Shown: positions 13,306 through 26,624 of the stretch, one piece after another | Numbering within the stretch: the first letter of the stretch is position 1 | How the letters are laid out: every line of letters starts with the position of its first letter | Assembly: GCA_951406725.2 (NCBI GenBank) | Contig: OX597816.1 | Coordinates: 102,176,001 to 102,240,000 of the forward strand | DNA from: Octopus vulgaris | Lineage: Eukaryota | DNA: 64,000 bases | Reading direction: 5' to 3' | Notes under the pieces: generated by a model | Databases searched by the model: none | What the model was told of the DNA's origin: nothing | Seen by the model: the letters and a program-made list of their open reading frames with translations, nothing else | Program-made: the position numbers and the translations under genes

Positions 13306-15244
13306 TATATATATGCTTTTTAATTTTTTTCCCATAAAATTAAACCAATTCAAGTTGTAACAAGATTATACAAGTTGAAGGCTTGTATTTCAGCACTAAG
13401 AAATCAAAGGTAAAAGTACAAACCATTGACGTGTATTATTTCATACAACTTACACTATTTTGACTTTATAAAAAAAAGAAAAACATTCAAATATAAATCC
13501 ATGCATTGGCCTCCATTATGCTCTCCAGCCATAGAAAACCATGCCAAATCAGACTGGAGTCTGGTGCAATATGCCAGCATGGACAACAGATGTTAAATGA
13601 TGATGATGAACAGGCTTCACACTGTTTCTGTCTCCAGAATTCTTTACACAAGGCATTGATCAACTGAAAGGTATGGAAGAAGACAGTTGCCCAAGGTACT
13701 CCACAGGAGAATTGAACCTAGAACAAGGATTTTCTACTAGAAAGGACTTCAGAATGCTGAACGGTAACATCCAATGATCTTGGTAGGATTTGAATTCAAA
13801 ATATTAAACTCACATAACTACCTACCATAAGGTAGGAATTTGTCTGACATCCTACAAATTTTGCCATCCTCTGTTCTTTGCTAAATGTGATTTCTAAGAC
13901 ACATACAAAGCCAAGCATTTAGGAGAAAGAGCAACAGATGAGATTCACTCCAATACTTGACTGGTACTTATTTTTTCATCTCCAGAGGGACAAAAAGGCA
14001 AAGATGATTTTGGCATGGATTCAAATTCAGTACATAGAAAAAAAGACAATTTTTTCCAGTACCCAACAGAATCTGCCATCCATAGATAATGATCTTTTCT
14101 ACTCTAGGCACAAAGTCCGAAATTTTGGGGGAGGGGGCCAATCAATTAGATTGACCCCAGTATGTAACTAGTACTTAATTTATTGACCCCGAAAGGATGA
14201 AAGGCAAAGTTGACTTCAGCAGAATTTGAATTCAGAACATAACAGCAGATGAAATACAGCTAAGCATTTTGCCAGGCGTGCTAACGTTTCTGCCAGCCCA
14301 CCGCTTTATCCATTGATAATAATGAAATAAGACAATCAAGATGACATACCAGTTTTACAATAGGACACAGAAAATACAATTCTGCATTCCTTGTACACAT
14401 AAAAAAAACAAAAAAAAACAAAAAAAAAAAAACAGGGTGGTCATAGCTGGAATATCTTTGATCTTAGATTTACTTAATTAGAGCAGACCTGAGGCTGAAC
14501 AATAACAATAGACTAAATTTTTATGTATGATGTTACTTATAAAGAAATAAAATAAAAGTAAATATGTAGTTTTCAAATTGTTTGTTTTTTCACATTTTAT
14601 TTACAAAAAATAGTAGATAATTTCAAGAGATTTAAATTCTTCTTGTTACCAACATGAGTATTAACTGAAATGGCTGATATTGTTCACTGTAAATATTCAT
14701 CTCCATACTTTGTAAGTAAAACAAAGAAACTCTGGTTTTACTCAACAAGACTCCCAACTGAAGCTAATGGAAGGCTTAACAGAATGAACAGATGTTGATA
14801 TCAATCCTTTGGATGAAATTTACCATGATTATTGCTTCCATTTTCCAGCTCTTCAACCAGTTTTTTTCCCCCAGATTTACAGTAACAAGTGTGAGTGTTA
14901 TTGCTGTGGTTCACCTTTCTGAGAGTTTATTATCAACAGCATATGAAGACATATGTAAGAATGTGTTATGCTGTTGATAACTGTCAAGTGGGCAAGAAAA
15001 CTTATAAACGACATAGGTTACACCTGTATAAATTCTTATAAATGACATAATATTAACATTTTTGCTACTGTATCTGTGTCGAGATTGATATGACTAAGTC
15101 AGTACCAGTCATTCAGCTGAAGGGCTGAAGATTCATAACTTATCACTGATGTTGCACTGTGGACATGGCCAAGATAGTTTGCTGTACTCAATGGTACAGA
15201 TGAGTATTTCCTACAAAATAAGCAGCAGCAGTAGCATAGCAACA

Positions 15245-15447
15245 TTAACCCTTTAACATTTGGATTATTCTGTCAAATGTAATGTTTATTTATTCACCTT
15301 GTCTTATAGCTTTCAGATTTTTATGAGGTACCTGTTGTTTGAATGATATTGTGGGGTAGGTATGAGGGACAAAATCTGGCCAGTTTAAACATAAAACAGG
15401 TAAAATATTTTGGCCAGATATGGCCAGTCTAAATGCTAAAAGGTTAA
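15245..15447. mobile_element. piggyBac-like MITE (similar elements at 36557-36772 and 38646-38862)
   Basis: TTAA-CCCTTTAACATT ... AATGCTAAAAGG-TTAA imperfect TIRs with TTAA target. Confidence 0.65.
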
Positions 15448-16029
15448 TGTTTTTTTTTGTTAAGTGAGAAGTGCTGCATTCAACTCAACTCTTCCTGCGG
15501 GTGTAACAAAAAGTGATGTTGACCAAGTGTACCACGACTCTGACCATAATCTCTGTTGACCTTCAGATATGAAAATGAAAGGTTTAGGTTTGCATCTTAT
15601 TTAGTATATTTTTACATAATAAATGGCATGGCAATGATATCGTTTAGTGCCTTTTTGAGTGTGTATTTCTCAATCTTACAATCAAAGCCTATCTATATAT
15701 CCTTTCTCACAGAAAAAGAAGGGAAATTGTGCCACATTATTTCATTCTTCACAGCAACTCAACTTCTTCAATGGATTGGTTCCTTTCTGCTGATGCACAA
15801 CACCATCAGTTTCTTCAGATTCTGCATTTTACTCCATATTTACATCTTAAGATGAGGGTACCCAAGGTTTGAAATTTTTTAAATGCATCATTAGCTTTAT
15901 CATACAAAATTGAAATTGCCAAGTGGATTGTCAGTTAAAGATGTTGATTCCAAATCCAATGTATACTTCATTTAATCAGCTTTTTTACCACCTCTTTCAG
16001 CAACATCTTTTAGTTCTCTACATGCACTT

Positions 16030-16046
16030 TCAGCATTCCTCTACCT
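16030..16046 (-). CDS. TMEM141: Probable short last coding exon of TMEM141
   Basis: Acceptor ttttgtttttttgtgtgatag; the phase-1 join gives EVEEC* and a 112-aa protein. Alternatively, read-through of the exon 3 donor stops at 17052. Confidence 0.5.
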
Positions 16047-17089
16047 CTATCACACAAAAAAACAAAACAGAATGATTCTTCACAATACAGGTCACACACA
16101 CAAACACAATGTGTTGTAAATATTTCAAAGCTACACATATGCAACTAGGAGGACTGAAAGAGAGAAAATCTCAGATGCACACACATATACTCAATCACAT
16201 ATGATGTGTGGTTTATGAGTATTTATGAAGTATTCACCCCACTTTGCCAATGTAATGAATATGGGTAATTACAAGAACCCATCAGAGAAACTGTATAATT
16301 AAATAGAAAATGTTTTAGGATAATTTCTTACACAGGTACAAGGCCAGAAATTTGGAGGGAGGGGAACAGTTGGTTATATCAACCCCAGTACTCGACTGGT
16401 ACTTTATTCTATCGACAACAGTAATAGTAATCAGATTGTTGCTGATCCAGTTAGTAAAAACACTCAGAAACATAACATGCATTTGTATGACTTGGGTCTT
16501 CAATAATAGTATCAATGACTATCCTGGGTTAATTTCTCTGCAATTAGAAGAATAAAAAAAACATCATCATTATCATCATTGTCATTGTCATTCTCATCAC
16601 ACAATATGTTCTGGCTAACATATACCCACTCCACACAACGTCTTCCCTGCCATGTTATAACTCTCACAGCATATTTTGACTGTTATAATTTATCCACTCA
16701 ACATATTCTAACTTCCACACCACCTCAACTCTTCCCATCAAGATACCCTGGCCAGTTACCACACTACACAATCCACACAATATAACCACATTGTCAGGCT
16801 ATAACCCCACCCAATAAACTTGTCTTACAAACAATGAACCAACACTTTCATACTAAATCGAATATCACCACCACCAACAACAACAATGGCAAAATGAAGC
16901 ATACACCTCAGTAAATGCATGTGCATCACTACCAAACGTTCAATCAAATACTATCCTCTGGACATAGCTTTGTTCAGGTAAGAACTATTTGGTGGTGGTG
17001 GTGGTGGTGGTGATGGATTAGGAAGGGAAGAGGCACTCTACATCAACATCATCAACAATAAATAAATAAATGTCCAAAGAGGTAATTAC

Positions 17090-17281
17090 CAGATTCTGAT
17101 GTAGTTACAGGTTGTTTCTCTTCAAGGGACACCCACATTTGCTGACAAAGTCTGGTGTTGTGCTGAGTTATGAAATAACCTGACAGACATCCAAGAAAGA
17201 CAGGAGCCAGTAAAAATCCATTTCTACCAAAAGGGAGTTTTGATCTCATCAATTCTTGAGCAATGTAAATGCCAGAGGCCA
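17090..17281 (-). CDS. TMEM141: TMEM141 coding exon 3
   Basis: ttattccacag acceptor; (M)ASGIYIAQELMRSKLPFGRNGFLLAPVFLGCLSGYFITQHNTRLCQQMWVSLEEKQPVTTSES. It has hydrophobic helices and the T.....C...W..LE motif of TMEM141; donor GTAATT. Confidence 0.88.
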
Positions 17282-17554
17282 CTGTGGAATAAATGCAATA
17301 AAATAACAAATAGAGTTAAATGTGTTAAATATTTTATTTATTTAATTTTTCTCCACTTTGCAACTTGCAGTCGAAAATGTGTAACATACTTATATGAATT
17401 ATAGGCGTGGATGTATGCTTAAGAAGTTCACTTTGCTACTGTATGGTTACAAGTTAGAAGCCAATGTATAGTACAATAGTATCTTTGTCAAGTGTCTCTT
17501 ACCAAAGCCTCCTTGGGTTGACTAATTCCTTGTGAATAAAATTTGGTAATACAG

Positions 17555-17992
17555 TTCTATATTTGAGAGATGAGGAATTATGTACATTATTTACATTTGA
17601 CGGATATTTGTCCTCATCTTCTTTGTTGTTAACACAATGTTTCAGTTGACATACCCTCCAGCCTTCACCTGGTGTCTTGGGGAAATTTTGAACCTGGGTT
17701 CTCATTCGTAAGGTATTTTTCGATGTTATTATTATTAGATTTATAAGCCCTAAAATTCACTCTATAATTGCCCACAGGCATATGGCATAGTGGTTAAGAG
17801 CGCGGGCTACTAACACCAAGATTCCGAGTTTGATTCCAGGCAGTGACCTGAAAAATAATAATAATAACATCATGAGAACCCAGGTTTTAAATTTCCCCAA
17901 GACACCTGATGAAGGCTGGAGAGTATATCAGCCAAAACATTGTGTTAACAACAAACAAGATGAGGACAAATATCCATCAAATGTAAATAATG
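17555..17992 (+). mobile_element. tRNA-headed inverted-repeat element with a degenerate hammerhead (second copy at 31938-32431)
   Basis: A box TGGCATAGTGG at 17783-93 and B-box-like GAGTTTGATTCC at 17826-37. The tail carries GACAC-CTGATGA-aGGCTG..CAGCC-aAAAC aTT-GTGTT (17901-17946), and an inverted copy of the tail lies upstream. Confidence 0.7.
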
Positions 17993-18535
17993 AAATTTGG
18001 TAGATAGAAACCAGATGAAAGCCCTTAGTTGATATATATATATAATCATTATCATCATTGTTTAACATCTGTTTTCCATGCTGGCATGGGCTGGATGGTT
18101 TGACTGAGGTCTGGAGAGCCAGTGGCTGCACCAGGCTCCAATCTGTCAATCTCTATTATTGTTTATGTCAGTTTTTTTTGTTTTTTTTATTATTGGTATG
18201 GTTTTATTGGTTGTAGCTCCTTCATAGTAGCAACCCCTTTACAGCTTGGAACAGGCATATTTTACCATGTCACTAGCACAAAAGAAAGGTTATTGTCAGG
18301 ACTAAAATATCTGGCAGTGTTTCTACAGGTGGATGCCCTTCCTAATGCCAACCACTCCGAGAGTGTAGGGGGGTGATTTTTATGTGCCACTGGCACAGGA
18401 GCCAGTCAGGCGGGCCTGGCATCGACCACATTTGGATGGTGCCTTTTATGTGCCACCAGAATGGGAGCCAGCCAGGGGGCACTGGCTACAGCTGCGATTT
18501 TGGTTTTACTTGACTCAACAGGTCTTGTATATATA

Positions 18536-18583
<48 letters not shown>

Positions 18584-19065
18584 TAGAATTAGGTTTAAAT
18601 TAAATTTAACACATTAGACATAGGCTTGTAAAGAAATGAGGATCTAACTATTTCTGACAAATATAAATGGACAGAATCTAAATAAAATAATGGAAGTCTT
18701 ATGACCTTTCAAAAACTAGAACTTAATATCACATTAACTAGAATTCAGGGTGGTGGGGCTATGAGGGTTTTTTTTTTTCTTAGGAAAGTATCCAAGAGAT
18801 ATTTACTGTACCTCCTTGGCTCTCTGGAGCCTCAACCTATATACCCTCTTATAAGCCCTGTCTATTTCAGGATAGCATGTTGCCATTTGTGGTCCTACAC
18901 CATCTGATACACAAACTAGCATAAACAATAATAGAGATTGACAGTCTTTTCTTTTGTTATGTGTATCAGATGGTGTAGGACCACAAATGGCAACATGCTA
19001 TCCTGGAATAGGCATATTTTACCATGTCACTAGCACAAAAGAAAGGTTATTGTCAGGACTAAAAT

Positions 19066-19400
19066 ATCCTGTCATCAATGTTCCCTGCCCAGAAAATCTT
19101 GTACCTGTGTTCTTTGCCTGTGAGGAACCTAGCAGAACTTCCTCTCCACCTTTCTTCTTGGATGCAGCACAAATCTACATGTCTCTGTTCAAGCATCTCG
19201 ACAATCTCACCAGACCTACCTTACAGTGTGCTCACGCTGAGTGTGCCAAGCCTGAGGATGTGGGAGATGTGGGCCTGTGAGACCCTGGGATGGGGGACAG
19301 CAGCGTCATGTACCTGAAAAGAAAGCTCGCATTTGGTAGAATTCATAAACAAACAATAGCTTTCAACCTGCATACACTACACCATCATTTTTATGCGCTA
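19066..19400 (-). mobile_element. RTE LINE 5' fragment (APE endonuclease N-terminus) in TMEM141 intron 2
   Basis: Minus-strand translation LRLGTLSVSTL*GRSGEIVEMLEQRHVDLCCIQEERWRG...YKIFWAGN. Confidence 0.8.
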
Positions 19401-20109
19401 TATGATCATTATATTACATAGGAAATAAACCCTAAGTAGAGGTGGGGATGTTCATGGGAGACAACCAAAGGATGACAGAGGATAGTGACTTCCGGTACAG
19501 GTGGTGGGGGTCAGCGGGCATACCGCGAAATAGCAAAATTAGAGAAGAGCATCTGGATTCATATTCTTTCGGCAGAGTTATTAAAATGCAGTAGGGGAAT
19601 CTGAGTGCTTGCGCTAGTTTATATAGGGTGGGGTGGTGGAGGAGGGGGAAGTGTTGGCGAAGCAAGTGATTATTGGAAGAAAGAGAGAGACAGAGAGAGA
19701 TGAGGCCAGAGTTAGGCTAGTCAAGGATAGAACATGAGGGAGAAAAATATTCTTTTGGGATTTTGGGTAACATAATTTAATGAAACAGCAAATGCTGATA
19801 ATAGTGAAATAAAATTGAAAAATCTTAGAATTTTTGGTCAGCCAATCTGTGACAAAATTAGAGAAATAAGTGACGATGTGACAAACTTGAATAGGTGATG
19901 AATAGTAAATACACGTGAAGGAACCTAAGTTTGTTTTAAGACAACAGCGAGGAAGACGAAACTATGTTTACATGGTAATGAAGTAGATAGAATAATGAAA
20001 GGAACTAATAAGGGGTTTATGATCTGCACATGCCTGTGTGTATTTGTTCTTGCATGTACATACACATGTGTGTATGTTATCTATGGATATATGTATTTAA
20101 ATATCTATA

Positions 20110-21270
20110 AGTAGTTGATAGTTTCCGTTACCTAGGTGACCAAGTCAGTAGCGGGGGCGGGTGTGCTGAAAGTATAACTACTAGAGTAAGAATAGCCTGG
20201 GCAAAGTTTAGAGAGCTCTTACCCCTGCTGGTGACAAAAGGCCTCTCGCTCAAAGTAAAAGGCAGACTGTATGATGCATGTGTACGTACAGCCATGCTAC
20301 ATGGTAGTGAAACTTGGGCTGTGACTGCTGAGGATTTGCGTAAGCTCGCAAGAAATGAAGCTAGTATGCTCCGATGGATGTGTAATGTCAGTGTTCATAA
20401 TCGACAGAGTGTAAGTACCTTGAGAGAAAAGTTGAACCTAAGAAGCATCAGTTGTTGTGTGCAAGAGAGACGTTTGCGCTGGTATGGTCACGTGATGAGA
20501 ATGGCTGAAGATAGTTGTGTGCGAAAGTGCCACACCCTGGCAGTTGAGGGGACCTGTGGAAGAGGTAGACCCAGGAAAACCTGGGTCGAGGTGGTGAAGC
20601 ACGACCTTCAAACTTTAGGTCTCACCAAGGAAATGACCAGAGACCGAGACCTTTGGAAGTATGCTGTGCGTGAGAAAACCCGGCAAGACCAGTGAGAACA
20701 GTCAAAATCAAAATCAAACCAAATCAATACATATATCAGAAAGCAGAACCAAATTGAGGTCGATCAACATCAGGGCCCCCGTGCAGGTGACACGTAAAAG
20801 CACCATCCGTTCGTGGCCGTTTGCCAGCCCTGTCTGGCCCCCGTGTCGGTGGCACGTAAAAGCACCATCCGTTCGTGTTCATTGCCAGCCTCGCCTGGCC
20901 CCCGTGCCGGTGACACGTAAAAGCACCATCCGTTTCGTGACCGTTTTCCAGCTCTGTCTGGCCCCGTGTTGGTGGCACGTAAAAGCACCATCCGTTCGTG
21001 TTCGTTGCCAGCCTTGCCTGGCCCTGTGCCGGTGACACGTAAAAGCACCATCTGTTTGTGGCCGTTTGCCAGCTCTGTCTGGCACCTGTGCGGGTGGCAC
21101 GTAAAAAGCACCCACTACACTCATGGAGTGGTTGGCGTTAGGAAGGGCATCCAGCCGTAGAAACACTGCCAGATCTGACTGGGCCTGATGAACCCTTCCA
21201 GCTTCACAGATCCCAGTTGAACCGTCCAACCCATGCTAGCATGGAGAACGGACGCTAAATGATGATGATA
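20110..21270 (+). mobile_element. RTE LINE 3' end with tandem-repeat 3' UTR and (GAT)n tail
   Basis: ORF 20231-20695 (HGSETW, RRLRWYGHV, RGRPRKTW) overlaps the end of the 61945 element in sequence. It is followed by six ~61-bp units and the ...catgctagcatgg...gatgatga tail. Confidence 0.9.
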
Positions 21271-21435
21271 AATACAGTAGAAAACCTATATTTATGGTAC
21301 AAGTACTGTAAGCATCACACACAAACACACTCACTCATAATTTCTCTCTCTCTCTCACACACACACACACATTACAAGAATTCCATTTTCCTTTTCAAAT
21401 AATGAAATTAGAAATAAATTGAAACTGGTTCTTAC

Positions 21436-21502
21436 TTGCCAGAAATGTGAGTGACCCAAGAGTAAAAGCTCTGTTCTGACACTGTGCATAGGTACGGAAG
21501 TG
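21436..21502 (-). CDS. TMEM141: TMEM141 coding exon 2
   Basis: ttattacag acceptor; HFRTYAQCQNRAFTLGSLTFLA resembles the TMEM141 Y..CQS.AF..G..TF motif; donor GTAAGA, phase 1. Confidence 0.88.
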
Positions 21503-24500
21503 CTGTAATAACAAAGAAATTTGGATGAGAAACTGAAACAGAAGGGAAACACATGACAATCCTGTCATCATTATCATCAGCATCACTATCATCATCATAA
21601 CCATTCTCACAGAAGCAATGATCGAGACCTATGGCATTATGTTGTGCTTGAGAAGAAGGACCCATCAAGCAGAGCAAAATCACAGTCATGGCAAATGGCA
21701 CCTGTGCAAGTGGCACGTAAAAGCACCCATTACACTCTCAGAGTGGTTAGTGTTAGGAAGGGCATCCAGCTATAGTAAACTATACCAGATCAGACTGGAG
21801 TCTGGTGCAGCTTTCCAGCTTACAAGCCCTACCCAAACCGTCCAGCCTATGCCAGCATGGACAACAGACATTAAATGATGATAGTGATGATTTCATCATA
21901 AATAACATTGTTGTTTCATCACTGTTTTACTCAACATTACCATTATCACCATCATAATAATCAATCAACCTCATCATTATCATCATGTTTGTTTTTATTG
22001 TTGTGTTGTATCAGTTCCTGAGAATCAAAAGTGACCACATCAATAAGATACCATCCTATAATGTAAAGTAGGGTGAGACATATCTTTCAACTCCTTCCAT
22101 TTGCCCTGTGTTCAGGGCCAAGAAGACACTTTACACTTAATGGCTGACACCACCTACCTATAAATAAGAAACAAGAGGCAGTATTAGCAGGTGTGCTGTG
22201 TATTATTGAAGACTGACTTATTACCTTACAAAAACGAGTTCCCCTAATCTAGTTGAAAGATATAGAATACTCTACCAAGCTGATTTGTTAACAGTAATTA
22301 TCTTCTAAACCTCAACAGGTTTTCAAAAGTCATGATTAGCTTTCATTTTATGATATTGTACACAGGATTTTAAAACATCTTGGACAGAATACCTCTTTTA
22401 CTGCAGGTAACATTCCCAAGTAATCTGATATTTATTTCTAATGACAGTTATATATGAATCTACAAACACAAAATATTTGTGGTATATCGGAACTTGAGTA
22501 GGTAGTATAACTTACTCTCTCAACCATCTCACCTCTTATTCTAAATACACAACTATCTTCAGTGGTATTACAACCAATCAATGGGTCATATAAGTGTAAT
22601 ACTACCTTACATATTCCTTCCCATACTAGCATGGGTGGGATAGATTTTGTTTGAGCAATTGATTGCTTTCTATAGCTGGATGTTGTTCCAACTACAAACC
22701 ATTTAACTATAGTCGTAAAACCTGGTTCAAGCAAACTGAAGCAAACAGTTATGATGATTGCCTAACAATTGTTAAAATGATGATTTCCATTACACAACAT
22801 GTACATAAACCAAAGTTTACATTAAAATATACTGATAGTTTTTGAGATTTGTATCTGAGGAATTCGGTCCATTCAGTTTGTGAAAATTACAATTAAAAAC
22901 AATTTATTTTTTCAAACTGGAGATTGTAGGAACAATCTCATCCTAGTTATCTTTCACTGAACAGATTTTGATACAACGGTAGCTACATAAACGAGAATTT
23001 CAGTTAGTATTACAGGTTTAGATCAATATATTTTTAGTTATGTCATTTAGCTTGAGATTGGTCCTGTTCAAACATACTTATGATCAAAGACGCTCTAGCC
23101 ATGATCATCTCATGTTTTTTATATGATGATGATGATGATGATATAGAATGACCTGAGTTAGAAATGGATTTGAGAACTAGTTGTAACAAATAATATCTGA
23201 GCTGAAGAGATGTATAGCAGAGCCGTCCCCACTATGACATGTTCAAACAAATGTCAAAATAATGATTACACAACATGCACATGTTTTATTCATATCAACA
23301 TAAACCAGGGGTTGGCAAATTGGCCAGTCTCAACTCCTGGGGATTTGTGTGACTATCCAAGGAATCAATAAACACCTGATATAAGTTTGAGCATTAAAGG
23401 TGATAAATTATTTGCACCCTGAATCTGGAATAACACAATAATTTAAGGTTAAAACTATCAAATTTCCAGCCAATTATAGATACAATAACTAGTAGTCACC
23501 GAACATATTTCACATATCAATATAATGAGACTGAATTTTTTAAAAGCAAATACAGTATGATTTCAGGGAAATTTGGCTGCTTTTTTTAGCAAGTCACGGG
23601 ACCATACAGAAGCTCCCATCATCATCTTGGCTGTAGGAGGAATAACAGTCCTAAAGTCAAGGACTTAATACATTTCATTGCAAAATTTATGCTAGATTAA
23701 ATTGGGATGTTAGATTTTGTAGGTTCCGTGTAATGTAGTTGATGTTCGGTGACTATTCCTGGATAGAATTTTATCTATCGTTTCCATTTCTCTAGTTAAG
23801 ATAAGCTAAGATTATGGAATGTAAAATGTAAGGTCTTTGTCCGAAAACAGAACGAAAGATTTGCAGTGGGAAATTTTATACACACACAGTTGACTGGGAT
23901 TTCAAGTTTCACTTTAATGGCTTTTTTAGTTGTTCGTTATTTTTTTAAAACCAGTCTTGTTGAACATAAGCTGTTAAAGTGAAAAATTAGAAGTCTCGGT
24001 CAACTTTGTATGATTGATAACCTTGACTCTATAATTCCATTACCATTTGTCATCTATTTTTTTTTTAGTACTAATCAAATTTCAAATTTTGATTGTATGG
24101 GTTACGAAGTATCCGTCATAGGACAATCAATCCCATTGACTTCGGATCAAGAAATGAGGTTTATGGCTACCCACTAGAACAGTTGAGGCTAAACAACGGC
24201 CAAGAGAAAAATAACCATTAATTTTTTTTTTTAATAGTGCAACTAGCCTGATGATGAGTTTGTGTCTCATGCGGCCCGCTTCTAGTAGATAAAAGGTTGC
24301 CCCCAAAACATCAACGCCGTAAATAAGCCCATCTCGTGTCCAGAAAAAATATACATGTATTGTCCTTTTTATTTGAGTAGGAATCGTAAATGGCTCTCTG
24401 AGACAATATATAAGGATCTATTTGTATATGTACTGGTATATTAATGTGTTTCAAAATCAATGCGTCTAACCTGTTATATAAACAAACCAGATACGTTACA

Positions 24501-24608
24501 CCTGATGAATATTTCTTTGTAGCATATTAGAAAATTACTTTGCCAGTTTTTACGCTGTTTTGTTGATGAAACTAATTCGAATTAAAACAAAAGAGTCAGA
24601 AATCTTAC

Positions 24609-24671
24609 TGGGTATTTCTCGGACACTTCTTCGGCAATAACTTCTTTACTTCGAAGCTGATGTACCCCCAT
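24609..24671 (-). CDS. TMEM141: Transmembrane protein 141, coding exon 1
   Basis: Minus-strand ATG at 24671 reads MGVHQLRSKEVIAEEVSEKYP, then donor GTAAGA, phase 0. Aligns by eye to the vertebrate TMEM141 ...AAKHP N-terminus. Confidence 0.8.
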
Positions 24672-25165
24672 ATTCAGTCAAAACAACGCAGGCCTTTCTT
24701 GATGTTCAGTATATATACTATTTAACTACACCGTATAATTTAAGAGTATTAAGCGCACGATCCTACATCGAACTGAATAGCATTTCATTGATTTATTTTA
24801 TTACCCTTTTATCTTTTCAAGATTTAGTTTATAGATATTGTATAGACAACATTCAAACCCTAATTACCCCTCATTTATAAATCTATGGTAAGATCGCCAA
24901 TCTAGGTAATATATGTAATCGTAACCAAAGACATTACGGTAGAGCCCATCTAGACTTTACACACACACATAAACACATACACACACACACATGTACATAC
25001 GTCAACATATACATGGCAACACCGTGGGCGAACACACATACACAGAGGAACTGTACCATATTTTTTTTTCGGATCTTAGGACAGCAGCAACACAATGGGA
25101 TGTGAGAATGGGTCTGAGGGGAAGGCCGCATTGCTGCTAAAAACTATGACACACGCACGCACACA

Positions 25166-25197
<32 letters not shown>

Positions 25198-25571
25198 GAA
25201 ACATATGCGCACATAAGGATACACATCTTAGAACAAAATTGAGTAAATGGAGCGAAAACACACACAAAAACGAAAAGTGTCGCTGAAGAGGTCATAGATG
25301 TGTGACGAAAGATTTCCAGACGATGGACACGAATTCAAAAAAATAATAATAAACGAGTAAAGGAAAAACATAGTGCAAGTGTTTATTTGGCAAGAAAAAA
25401 ATGACCGTCCTGAAACAACAATATATATGAGTAAACATTGTCTGGGAGACTCTTCTTATAGTAGGAGAAATAGCTAAATTCTTTGGCGGTTATATAAAGT
25501 TATATATATAAGTAATATATATGTATATATGCATATATATCTAGATCTATATCTATCTATCTATCTATATA

Positions 25572-25605
<34 letters not shown>

Positions 25606-26571
25606 TATATACCAATACATATGCATATATAGGTACAGGACGTCACCAACAGTAAACAACATGAAATATGAAAACAAATGAGTTCAATACGCAAACTATG
25701 AGAGAAATAAAAATGGAAAACAGGAAAGTAACATAAAGAACGACCCTTCATCAGTTGTTGGCTGTCTATCTACTCATTTTGAGCATTGAACAACAATATG
25801 AGTCTTCAAAGCCAGTTGCTCCCATAAGTACCAAAATAAAATTTGGGATTTATGGAGGGTCAAAGTTGGGAACAAAAACAGGACAGTGGAGATTTAGAAG
25901 GAAACCGAATGAAAACAAACATGGAGGGTCATTAGACCTGAACGAGGGTAAAATAGCGAACACTGGAGAAATATTTTCTTTGACAAGAGAAAAGATAGAA
26001 AAGAGAGATAGGATACGTCCAGTCCTGAAAGAAAAGAAGGACGATCACATGAGGAAAAGAAAGATGGACGATGGTCATGTGAGAGCAATGAGAGATTGCT
26101 TTTGATAAATAAACTTTGATGGAAATCTAGCCTAGCTATATATGATGTGTTGCAACAAGTCTATGCCATATATATACAATGCATGTTATTCTTTTATTCT
26201 TTTCTATTTTTCAGCCCTGAGGCTAGAAACATTTTTTAAATACTAGTTTCAGTTTATTTTCTGTTTGTTGACTAAGATAGAACAATTTCTGTGCTGATGA
26301 TGCTTATTGAGGTGGAAGTACATATTAACAGTTGTCTTCTTTCCTTTCAGACAATCAGTCTGTCTCTTCCTTAGTGACATTAATTTTGGAGAATTCTTGA
26401 CCCCCTTCTCAGAGTTAATACCAATTACCACCAAATAATTGGTTTACTCTCTCTGAAAGGGGAGATAATTTCAATAAACCAAGAATTTATCTTGTATGTT
26501 ATTTAATATAACTTTATTAATCTTTGTCGTTTAAATTCATGCTACTGGCGATTCTGAATTGATTCTCTTAG

Positions 26572-26624
<53 letters not shown>

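Noticed and set aside
14640-16029. Coding-looking sequence on the minus strand below the TMEM141 stop
   Set aside because: Frequent stops in the frames read and no recognisable motif; more likely 3' UTR or decayed repeat.
17775-17850. tRNA gene
   Set aside because: It has A/B boxes but no complete cloverleaf or acceptor stem and continues into a repeat body, so it is a SINE head. The same applies at 2680-2745, 32145-32205 and 54417-54480.
20770-21115. Regularly spaced repeats resembling a CRISPR array
   Set aside because: The 'spacers' are homologous to each other, the array is the 3' UTR of an RTE LINE, the DNA is eukaryotic and there are no cas genes.
24248-24275. CTGATGA-TGAG...CTCA hairpin, and CTGATGA at ~24502
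   Set aside because: No correctly positioned GAAA, stem III or stem I; likely chance matches.
25620-25830. CTGATGA (minus strand) in a repeat next to (TA)n as another hammerhead
   Set aside because: I could not place GAAA, stem II and a cleavage triplet in a consistent topology.
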